NCBI RefSeq assembly: GCF_021869535.1
Contig: NW_026262604.1
Span: 18,786,001-18,850,000, forward strand
Direction: 5' to 3'
Length of the DNA: 64,000 nt
DNA from: Mytilus californianus
Lineage: Eukaryota
Shown piece by piece: positions 25,291 through 37,200 of the stretch; the stretch's first letter is position 1; each line of letters begins with the position of its first letter. Under the pieces are notes generated by a model. The model saw only the letters and a list, made by a program, of their open reading frames with translations, did no database searches and was not told the origin of the DNA. The position numbers and the translations under genes are program-made.

Positions 25291-28200
25291 ATGAAATACC
25301 AATGGATATACTTATTTCTAAAATGCATGCATTTTATCTGTATAAATACAGGTAATTATTTATTTTTTTCTAGAAAATGTGGATAAATACAGATAAACAC
25401 ATCAATATACTATGTTAGCTTTCCTTCTTTTTGATGACGATGACGATCTAAAGATGAATGATCTATGATTCGAATCAATGGGTTTGTTTTGGTTTTTGTA
25501 CTTTTTACTCTAATTTGTGCTTATTGTACTGTTAGTTTAGTTTAAAGTACGAAATATTCTATGAATTACGACCACCAATATGAGAAATACTATTTTATTT
25601 GTGAAATCCTGTATCATTGTATTTCCAGATGCAAAGTCCTTGGGAAGATTTATAAAACATTATGAAGAGTTAGAATACAGTACTAAAGACTTGCATTGTT
25701 TGGATTTACTTTCCAAGCGATCCCCCACCAATGAACCGTTCCAGTTTGCTTTCAATGCATTTCAACGGTATGTATTGTCATTGTTCATTTTAAAGTTAAT
25801 CCAAATAAAAATATAAAGATATACTCAATATCGACTGAGTTAACATATAACTATCGTTATCTCTTCTGAAATAACATAAGATAGGAAAATAGAAAGCAAG
25901 GTAATAAAGATTAATCACGAATTATTATCATATGACGAATTTAATATTTTTTTAATCCATCAGATAAGTTTTCTTTATCGGTGGCAAATTAGAAAAAAAT
26001 AAAACGATAAAGTTAACAGTAACTATGGAAAGATCACTGAATATATTATCGATCATGGCCATTAATATGGTTAAATAGGACAACAGGTGTAATAAATACG
26101 GTTTTGAAAATTTTTATCTAAATACTAAATGCATAGATAGGTTTCAACGGCTATAATTTTTGTCCTTTTTGGTTTATAAGACCTCATATGTTTAATAAGT
26201 GTTGGATTGCTAAATATTTTGGCATCTAACATCACTGAAGAGGCATTTATTGGCGAAATGCGGATCCGGTGCAGAAAAAAAAAACCATCGATACTGTTAA
26301 TGGTTTTCAAATAGTCGGCTTTGGGCCTTCCTGGTGAAGGTAGATGCAAAAAAGCACTTCGGACGCCTGAAATCTATAAAGTGTGGTTTTCATTTTTTTC
26401 AGAGATTTTATCGTCGTTTTGGAGCCAGATGAGTCTGTATTTAGTAAAGATGCAGCATTAGAGATTACTGGTCCTTCAGATACATCACATATATATGTTG
26501 GACATGTGAAAGGTATAAAAGAAATGTGTAAAAATATGAGAACAGAAAGAAAAAGATATGATTGATTGATGTTAGATGTTTGCAAACAGTTTGAACAGCT
26601 TTATTGTGCTCATGTTATATCAAGGGTCTGATTTGCTTACAAAATGTTTTCCTGTGTGATAAATGGAGGTATCTTGTCTGTCCGTCCTTCCACCTGTCCG
26701 TCTATCTCCCCATTTGCCTTTTAAAGCAAACTAATATGTGTTTAACAGATACTGATGAAACTTAAAACAGTTAAAGAACTACCCGATGATGTACATAACG
26801 GAATATGAATCCGACCCAAAATAACTCGGACAATCCAATGCACTAGCTTCAATATTTGATGTGTATTATGAGGCCGGATGGGGTTTGGTTATCATAAGGA
26901 CTTCACTTATCTCGATTGTTAATTATAAATATATTTGATAGTTTTTAACATCTGTTAACTACTGTTGTCTGTTATTTAGAAACAGCAACAACACAAACAA
27001 CAAACAAACAAACAAACAACAACAACAACAACAATACAAACAACAGCAATAACAATAATGTTTCTACTTAAGAAGCTGCTGATAATGAGGATCATTGCTA
27101 TTATTAAAAAATAGATCGAACTAGATAACGCTTTGTCGGTATTTTTAACATTGCCATATAAGCGCAGGTTTGGTTAGCCACAAAACCAGGTCTTCCCATA
27201 ATGTTTTCTTAAAATGTCTTGTAGCAAGTCAGGAATATGAAAGTGGTTATGACATAGTCCGTTGCTTTGTATGTTGGCGTTTGTGTTTGTAGCAGTTCAG
27301 TGTTTTTGTTGTTCCGTTTTGGATCCTATTATAATCGAGGTGTTTCCCTCAGTTTTGGTTGTGTGACCCGGATTTGTTTCAGTTAAATCGATTGATGACT
27401 ATTGTACAGCAGGATACTACTTTTGCCTTTATTTGAATTTGTCTGAGCGATCTTTTGGCCATTTCTATTATTTACCAAATAATTTGTTTTATTTTAGGAT
27501 ATAAAGGCAGTCGAGTATATGGATACATTTTGGAAGGATATTTCAATGGATCGATCAAAATTCCACAGGAAACGACATATTACATAGAACCAGCCAAAAG
27601 ATTTATTGGTATATTTAAAGAGGATCCCAAAGCACATTCTGTTATTTATAAACAGGAGGATATTGTTTCAGATATGCAAAGGTACATACACATATTTTGA
27701 CCATTTGAAATATGAATTAAATAGGGCATGTTAGGTATAAGTCATTTAGACAGATGCCACCCAACGAAATGAAACCAAAAGACAATCAGAGGTCAACATT
27801 ACATTGACGGAAGTGAATTTTAACAAACATAACCAAATATATGTCATCAACAATAAATTCATCTATGAACAAAATCAGTAAGTGATAAGAAAGAAAACCG
27901 CGCGTCTTTTGATTTGCAGCTCTTCTATTAATTTCTGACATCGGTAAATCGGACTTCTAATTCTTTTCGTATTCTCCTTTTTTTGATTCTGATAAGCGAA
28001 ATAATACAAGAATCGTTAAAAGGAAATGCACAACTTAAAACCTAATTGATTAACCGATTACAGACAAGCCTTCTTTTTCGTTGTAGAAAGATTCAATAAT
28101 TTACAACTAGCCGGAATTAAAGTAGTGGTTTGAAGATAAGACTATACATTTCCAGATTCAGATCCCTTACCTAATTACGACCTGAACATGCCGAACTTCA

Positions 28201-31200
28201 TCTTGGGTGACGACGCATTTGGGTTGAGAATCTTTTTAATGAAGCCATATTCTAGAGTGCTTTGACAAAGTAGTAGAGTCGTGGTTCGATCGAAGTAGAC
28301 TTGTATTGAGATAGTTATGCGATCGGGAAGGTCGTGTTAAGTTCTTTCCAGACGTAGCAAGAGCGTGACAAGATCGTAACTAGAACGTCATACTGTCGTA
28401 GCGGAATCGTAGCAGGATCTTATCAAAATCATACCAAGGTCGTGAAATGAACGTGAAAACTATGAAACATTGAATGGTCAAGTCGACAATATCACGATCT
28501 GACCGCGATCCTTTTTTGTAAATCGTAATGGGATCTTCGTTGACTTGGTCTAGTGTGACGGGGGCTTTATGTAGATTACATATAAAATCAAGACTTTATG
28601 AGGATACAATTTTGTTATATCAAATAACGTAATAGAATATTAGATTAAAATACACAAAGAAAAATATTGCATAATTACATTGTGTTAGCGTAATATGATC
28701 TTCTACAAACTATTGTGTTATATTTGTTTTCTTAAATAAACGATCAAAACTATTAACATGAGGGTATGGAAGGGGTTACAGAATAGAGAATGATGACCAA
28801 AAAATAATGAATAGAGAAAAGTAGGATGTAAATGTATAAAGAATAATTTTGTGGGAAAATAAAAGAATTAAGTAACAATATAATAATACAGATATCAACG
28901 ATGTACAGAATAAGGAAATCATGCATTGATTTAAAGATTAACGTAATAATGAAATCATTTTGTCATTAACATTTGACCGAATAAGAATACGTTTCACAGA
29001 TAACAAAACACCCCCAAACTTTAAAGAAAACAGAAACTAATGATTCCTCTTCTGGACCCTTTTACATGTCACTCAAAAGATTTATTCTACTATTCACCTA
29101 ACTTTTACAATACTAATACTCTGGATACTAAAAAAAAGGTTGCTTCGTAAAAAAAGGCGAATGACAAATTAAATTTCGCCGGAGTGACTTACAAATACTA
29201 GTAGCAATATTCTGTTAATTTTAAAAATGCTTAACAAGTGTATAATGATTAATTATAGGCAGAAATATCATTTAATTTCGGATGACATTCTCTCGTTCTT
29301 TCCTGAATTTTTTTTTACCAACGATATTGTCCGTATGGACTGCGCTGTTTTTTTGTGTTCAAATTTGAGAGTGTAGAGTTTTGTTCGAAGATCTGTTACA
29401 TAATAAACGGAATCGTTCGATCATTCAACCGAAGGCAATCATGTCGTTAAGACGCATCATAGTGATTTAGATTTTTATGCAGGTTTCAAAAAGAATCAGA
29501 CATTGAAGTAGCCTCTTCTTGGAACAATAAAGCGAATCAGTGGATGCAGAACGTTGTTAGGTCCGGTTTTACAAACACAGACGAAATGGTAATATTAATT
29601 AAAAAAAACCTTTCGGAACCAACAAGTTTATTTTAAATAGAAAATCTTACTTTAAGTAACACTGTATTGGTTATTGTGCCGTCTGTGTCACGATTGTGCT
29701 CTTAAGCCCAACTTGGTTCGAAACTAATACATAATATGACGGCATTACACCAATGACAGAAATAAGAACATCTTTCAAAGCAACGCATCCCTTACTTGCA
29801 AGTACGTTGTCGTTGTAGTGAAGCTTTCATTTGTGGGTATTAATTGTACATTTTCGTGATTGGAAATGGACATGGAATCTAATGATGAATGATTATATAC
29901 TCAAAACGAATCGATTACAATTTCGAAATAGAATCTTTCCGGCTAATGTATCTGTCTCAAATATTCATGTTTTTCTATGAGGATTTAAATCTAATGTCCA
30001 ATGGTCCAGCAAGTCAAAATAACGCAGTCAGAGTATTCTCGGACTAATTTTAGTAGTTATCATTTGTCCACGATTAAATACAAAATTAAACAAATTGTTA
30101 GCTACATGTGTAAACTTAATGATTTCTGTGACACACATCAACATAAGATTTCAAATTTATTTAAAACATATTTTGAAACTACAAGAAATAGTACTTTTTA
30201 TTATATATTTGATTATATTTGTATTTTGCAGTCTTATTATAACAGAGAAAGGAAAAATCCAGAGCTAAACCACAGCAATGGCATTCACAACAGACACAAA
30301 AGGGAAACATTAGTTAACAAAAATACGTGTTTTCTCTACTTACAAGCAGACCCAATGTTATTCAATCAAATAAATTCAGCTTATAACGTATGTATTATCT
30401 TTTTGAGGCCTTCGGAATTCTTATACATTTTGTTCTGTTTACGTTTACTCAGGATGGATAAAACACATGCACCGCCTGAGTAAGACAAGTGTATTCTGTA
30501 TTTTATTTAAGAATATTTGATCCATTTGTAAATTTTTACCAGATACTCGGAATACTCTGGTTTTATCCATGAAGTGTCAAAAGAAATTGCACGCTAACCC
30601 CTACTTTTCGTTTTATTATTTTATAACCATATAGTTGTAAAAGTCATGTTTGAAAATCTTATAAATTCTCTGTTTTTATTTCGTAGTCTTTGTTAAATGT
30701 ATGAAAAACTAGAAAATCGTTTCCCGCCAAGCTTCCAATGGTTTATGTCTCTAAACAGTGCATTTTTTTCTGCGTTTTCAGTTCCTTTACCTATGTACTA
30801 TCAATGTATAACAGTCTTTTACAAAATCATATTATTTTGAAACAGAGTAGCGAAAATCCTTCATTGCAAAATCATTCGTAACTCCCGCGAATCATAATTA
30901 AATTAATAATAAATAATAAGTAGATTAAAGTTAAATTTGTATTGACTAAATCTCTTACTTGCATATCCCGTATCCCGTTGAATGTGTTACAATGTTTAAA
31001 CTAAGGAAAAAGTTATCAAAATTAAATAAACAAGACATTTAAAAGAAAATATAGCTATTACCTGTCGTTCTTGTTTATATTATAACAAAGCCCTTTATTG
31101 ACATGAAATAAAAAAAAAAAAAAAAAATAACAAAAAACAAGAAAAAAACAAAAAAATCATACAAACCAACCAAAACATAATTAAAAACATCATTAGTATA

Positions 31201-34200
31201 TTAAATGTTTATCATTTTCAAAATGAAAGGTTAAACATAAAATTCAGAATAGAAATTACAAATATCTTATAGTACTTCCTTAGATGTTTCTCTTTTACTG
31301 TTTAAAATTGAGAATGGAAATGGGGAATGTGTACATACACAAAAGGAATAGGATAACGATATAATCTGTTCATGGAATTATAAAAGATATTGAATATCAT
31401 TTTTTTTAATTTTAGAATGAAGTATTAGCCATGAATGACATTATTGGACTGTTTAATACTCATGTTGATGCCATCAATACTATCTATGCTAATACGGTGT
31501 TTAGAACTTATGATAACAGTATAAGTTACAGTGGAGTAAGATTTAAAATACAAAAGATTAAGGTGAGTGCTATGATATAAACTTTACTGTTGTGTAAAGT
31601 AAAGGACGTATTTTAAGAGATGGTGACGTGGAAGAAAAGTTTGTTGGTGTTGTGGGGTTTGGACTAAATTTGGTACCGAACGTTTTCTTAATTACTTATA
31701 TTCATAACTTCCATTTCTATGAAGCATCGTTCCATCAGCGCCTGCACATGGAGTATATATACCAAGTTGATACGATTTTCGGAGCTTGTGTCTTATCATG
31801 ATCGTTGCTAACCAGGAAGACATTTAACCAAGGGTTCAAAATAATCAAGTTGAGGTCATCCCTTCAAACGTTTTACGGACGCCATTACGAGATTGTTGAC
31901 CGTTATGGAATATCTGTGTAAGAGATTATCATGGATAAGTTGCAATTGTTGTAACTTCTATCCAGTCCTCTTTTCTCGAATTTGACATCACTGAATATTA
32001 CATAACCAATATGATGGAGAAGTAATTATTTACCCTTCTAGAGCATCTGAGTTCATCAATTTTATTATTTTTACAAAATATTTGTTGAATTTGAAGGTAG
32101 ACGTTTTCAACAAATTGTCGGCATTCCTATTGGAACGATACTTACGCCTCTCCTTGCCATCCTCATCTTATTTTCATATGATTCAGAGCTCTTTCGATGA
32201 GTCTTCTGTAGACAAAACGCGCGTCTGACGCATATAAAAAATTTCAATCCTGGTATCTATGATGAGTTTATTATCAGTCATTTTTCAAGTTAAATACAAG
32301 AAAATCAAAGAAGCTAAATCATTTAATTTCACATTCAGAAATATTGATAATGTTCTTTCCATTAATAATCGAAACTGTTCTGATTGGGTTCCATTAATAT
32401 ATATTACAGAATTAAAAATCAAAGAAACAACAGTCACGGCTTTCCCGCCTCATTTTTAGATTTATGTCTCGGACTTGACTTCGAATTTGACATAAGCGGT
32501 CAACTCAGTAGCAGAATCTATGACACACGAGACGATTTTAATTTTAAAATTACAAATTTGTTTCCACCTTAGCAGCAATAGACCAACTTCACCTGTATAT
32601 GGGATGTACATTTCCAAATTCATTCGGTATTCAGAGCTACTCAGACTTTATAAAACGTCATTGGTATCTGACTAATAAGTTGATGGACCAGGGTTTTGTC
32701 ACAGAACGTCTTGTCCATTTTCTTAATATAGTTTCGGAAGATAACAACGAACTTGTTGATATATATTCCGTATCAACTTCACAATTTAGACATGATGGTC
32801 TTGAAGTATAGATTTTTTGTACTGACGTGTATCATCTATATGAATCTATATGAATTATTCTAAATACTAAGGATTTTCTTATCCCAGGAAGATAACCTTA
32901 GCAATATTTGGCACAACTTTTTGGAATTTTGGGTCATCAATGCTCTTCATCTTTGTTTGTCTTTGTTTGCTATTTTGACCTGAGCGTCACTGGTGAGTCT
33001 TGTGTAGACGAAACATGCGTCTGGCGTATTAAATTATAAGCCTGGTACCTTTAATAGCTATTAAATAAAGGCAACAGTAGTATACCGCTGTTCGAAATTC
33101 ATAAATCGATTGAGAAAAAACAAATCCGGGTTACAAACTAAAACTGAGGGAAACACATCAAATATAAGAGGAGAACAACGACACAACAGACACACAACAT
33201 TCAAATGTAACACACACAGAAACGAACTATAATATAACAATGGCCATTTTCCTGACTTAGTACAGGACATTGTAAGGAAAAAATGGTGGGTTGAACCTGG
33301 TTTTGTGGCTAGCCAAACCTCCCGCTTTTATGGCAATGTTAAATATAACATTGAAATGACAACATTACATGACAGGACTACAATACAAATAAATGGGAGA
33401 ACATATAGGACAGAGAAACATACAAATAAAAGCTAACAAAAGGTACCAGGTTTAAAATTTGATACGCAAGACGCGCGTTTCGTCCACACAAGACTAACCA
33501 GTGACGCTCAGATAAAAAAGTATGAAAGCCAACACAAGTACAAAGTTGAAGAGCATTGAGGACCAAAAGTTCCAAAAAGTTGTGCCAAATACGGCTAAGG
33601 TTATATGTCTGGGATAAGAAAATCCTTAGTATTAAGAATAATTCATACTTTTGTAAATAAAGGCAACAGTAGTATACCGCTGTTCGAAACTCATAAATCG
33701 ATAGAGATAAAAACAAATCCGGGTTACAAACTAAAACTGAGGGAAATGGTAAACAGTAAATTTATAAAAATGACTATATAAAAGATATACATGATAACAC
33801 CGAAGTGGTGACTAACTACAGAATAAAAACGGATACATAAATCAACATAAACCAGCACATAAAAATTCACAGCCAAGTTAGCCAAAGCGATCAACGCTAA
33901 AAAATGGTGATGTCACATTTGAATTTCTGAAATTTCCCCAAAATAGGATAGAATAAGGATAGAATTCAAGATTGGTTATAATACTCATATAACATTTATT
34001 AATAACAATGAAATTTACAATACTATTTAATATAAAATGTGGTAGTAATAAGATAATTAATAGTATTATCTAGCTATTTCGGTGTTTCTTCTAAATCAAA
34101 CTGTAAACCAAATATATCGTATAAATTTAGTTGACCCAAACTAAAATCTAATTAACGAACAGGGTGATTAATAATCTTTACCATGACACACGAATACAAC

Positions 34201-37200
34201 AGAAAAAAATAAGATTTACAACTACAAACGATAAGACATTTGACAAAATCTGATGAGAATAACAAATATAACATCAAAACTAAATACATGAGTTTTGGAT
34301 AGAAAGGTACCGTGACACGTCTTATAGCAATGCGAATTCACACTCAGCAAAACAGTCACAATCGGGAATAAGTCACGTTCGGTAATTAAAAGATCAGACG
34401 ATGTAATGTCAAACCACAATCTAACACGTGGTAAAAATGTCCTTAGTTAGTTTGGACAAAGACACATCGTATGGATCGACCAATTCGTGATGGTGTCCGT
34501 AAAATTTACGGAGTGTCATTTTTAATTTGTCCTCCTCATAACTTTGTTGGAGCAGTTTCTGCGTTAGGAGCACACTCCTGTATATGAAGTCCGTATAGCG
34601 TGAACATGCACGAGCATAACGTATCAACTGAGATATGTAAACACCATACGAAGGGGCAGATGGTATGTTACTGCTGAGAAATGGGAAATTGATAATTGGG
34701 AAGTTGAAATCATCCCGTTTATCATAGATTTTCGTTTGAAGTCGTCCATCTGTGTCAATATTGAGGAAAAGATCAAGGTATGAAGCAGTCCTTCTAGTAT
34801 CAGTAGTATCCTTAATTTCAAGTTCACTGGGATATATGAGATGCAAGTATTGGCTGAAATATGGGTTATTCAATGATATGACATCATCAATATATCGGAA
34901 AGTAAAATTAAAGAATTTCGCAAGGTGCTTTTTCTTTTTGTCTTTTAGAAGGTTCTGAATGAATTCTGCTTCATACGAGTACAAAAACAAATCGGCCAGT
35001 AGGGGTGCACAATTAGTACCCATTGGAATACCGACTGTCTGTTGAAATATAAATCATCCAAACTCAACAAATATATTGTCGATCAAAAAGTCCAACATTT
35101 TGATAATATCATCTTCAGTATATTTTCTGGTAGATTCGGTGTGGTTCTTCACAAAATATGAATTATTGTAACCCAAAACAAGCAATTTGTATCCACGATT
35201 CCCATTTTTATCGAAAAAGCTCCGTTCACGAGATGGTGAAGTCGATCTTTCAACTGAGCATGGGGAATAGTAGTGTAAAGCGTAAAAAAATCAAAAGTCT
35301 CTATGTTGCTGCAAAATTGCAAAGATTGTGATCGAAGATTAAGCAGTAGATCTTTCGAATTTTTGAGAATCCACATCTGGTTAACACCACTGGTAGAATA
35401 TATCTCATCACAATATTTTTGAAGCCCATCTTTAACTGTAGAAAGAATAGTAGTCAGTAGTTTAGAAAGATGTTTAGTCGAACATTTTGATGACCCAGCT
35501 ATGTATCGTTCTTTATATGGAGTTTTGTGAAGTTTTGGTATCCAGTATAATGATGGTAAATTTTCTTTGTTTTCTTTGATGTTGATACCAAAAGAAAGAC
35601 GGACAGATTTGTGATTTTGTATTAGCTTGTCGTATTGTTTATTTGTGTGTTTTTCTGTCCTGTATGTTCTTCCGTTTATTTGTATTGTAATCCTGTCATG
35701 TACTGTTGCCATTTTAGTGATATATTTAACATTGCCATAAAAGCGGGAGGTTTGGCTTGCCACAAAACCAGGTTCAACCCACCATTTTTTCTTTCAATGT
35801 CCTGTACCAAGTCAGGAAAATGGCTATTGTTATCTTATAGTTCGTTTCTGTGTGTGTTGCATTTTAGTGTTTCTGTTGTGTCGTTGTTCTCCTCTTATAG
35901 TTGATGTGTTTCCCTCAGTTTTAGTTTGTAACCCGGATTTGTTTTTTCTCAATCGATTTATGAATTTCGAACAGCGGTATACTACTGTTGCCTTTATCTA
36001 TATTACGTGTAATAGTGTTCTTTTTCTTTTTCTTTTTTAATGTTAATAACCTTTACTTTTTCGTCCATTTTTGGTTAATCCTTTTGACGTGGCTGTAACA
36101 AGTCAGGAATATGACAGTTATTTTCCATTCGTTTGATGTGTTTGAGCTTTTGATTTTGTCATTTTATAAGGGACTTTCCGTTTTGAATTTTCATTGGAGT
36201 TCGTTTTTTTAGTTAATTTACTTTAAGTAATAGCGTTGTCAGGTCCTTTTCAAATTACATGTGTTCAATGTATTTTTGGTCTATCCCGCTCCTTTCTTTA
36301 CGTCTATACCTTTCAAATCAAGAGTAAAAATTGATCATGCAATTGCAATAAAACAATTTCACTATTCCAATAGATGTACATATATACGTATAGATAAACC
36401 TATGCACTATCAGTACATTATACCAACATCTTCTTCTGATGTGATTTTAAAGCACTGTTTACACTAAAGTCGAAATCTTCTTTACAGTACAAAGGCGATG
36501 CTAATAACTTTTTTCAATTTAAAAAGACAACGACTGAAAATTCGATAAATAAAATTACTCAATTCAGAACATGGGAAAGATTCGGCTTTGTGTGTCATTA
36601 ACTTATTTTCCGACTATGTCTTATATACAGCTGGAATTAGCAATTTTGTGCGAATATCATTGCTTTCTAACCTAGATAATGACAGACACAACGGAGAAGT
36701 GTTCAACCAGCCAAGCATCTAAGTTTTGCGATCACAATACAGATGTCGTCAACTTTCTTAACCTTCATTCGCAGTCTAATTATTCTGATTTCTGTCTGGC
36801 ATATACCTTCACATACAGAGATTTTTCAAATGACAGCTTAGGTTTCGCATGGATGGGATACTCCGGTCGTAAGTTATTAGCTACTACTTCTTAAATTTTT
36901 TTGAAAATTATTTATAAGTTTATAATGTAGATAGGAATGTCCATTGTGTTTTTAACATGTCTTTTGTAGGGTAGTTATCATGTTTCATTTTAAACATACG
37001 TTAATTTTCCTTTGTTGTTTTTTTATACACAAGTATTTCATAGAAATATAAAGCATAATTGGTTTTTATTGTTATAGTTTCTGATCCGCAAACGTAAAGA
37101 ATTCTAACTTATACCAGACATATCATTCACATCATCAAATTCTAAAAAAAATTCCTAATATCTTAAAAGAACAAATAAAAACTCAACAACTCTATCACTA

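Noticed and set aside
33061-33270. Recurring short ORFs ([12 protein letters not shown]...) at 10333, 33061 and 35635
   Set aside because: Translations of the same dispersed repeat, not a protein family.
35054-35056. In-frame TGA in the Penelope-like RT as a possible selenocysteine codon
   Set aside because: It falls where a Gly is expected (FG-G-xxFQQ; GGA to TGA is a single change), and the same copy has a frameshift near 35224, so decay is the simpler explanation.
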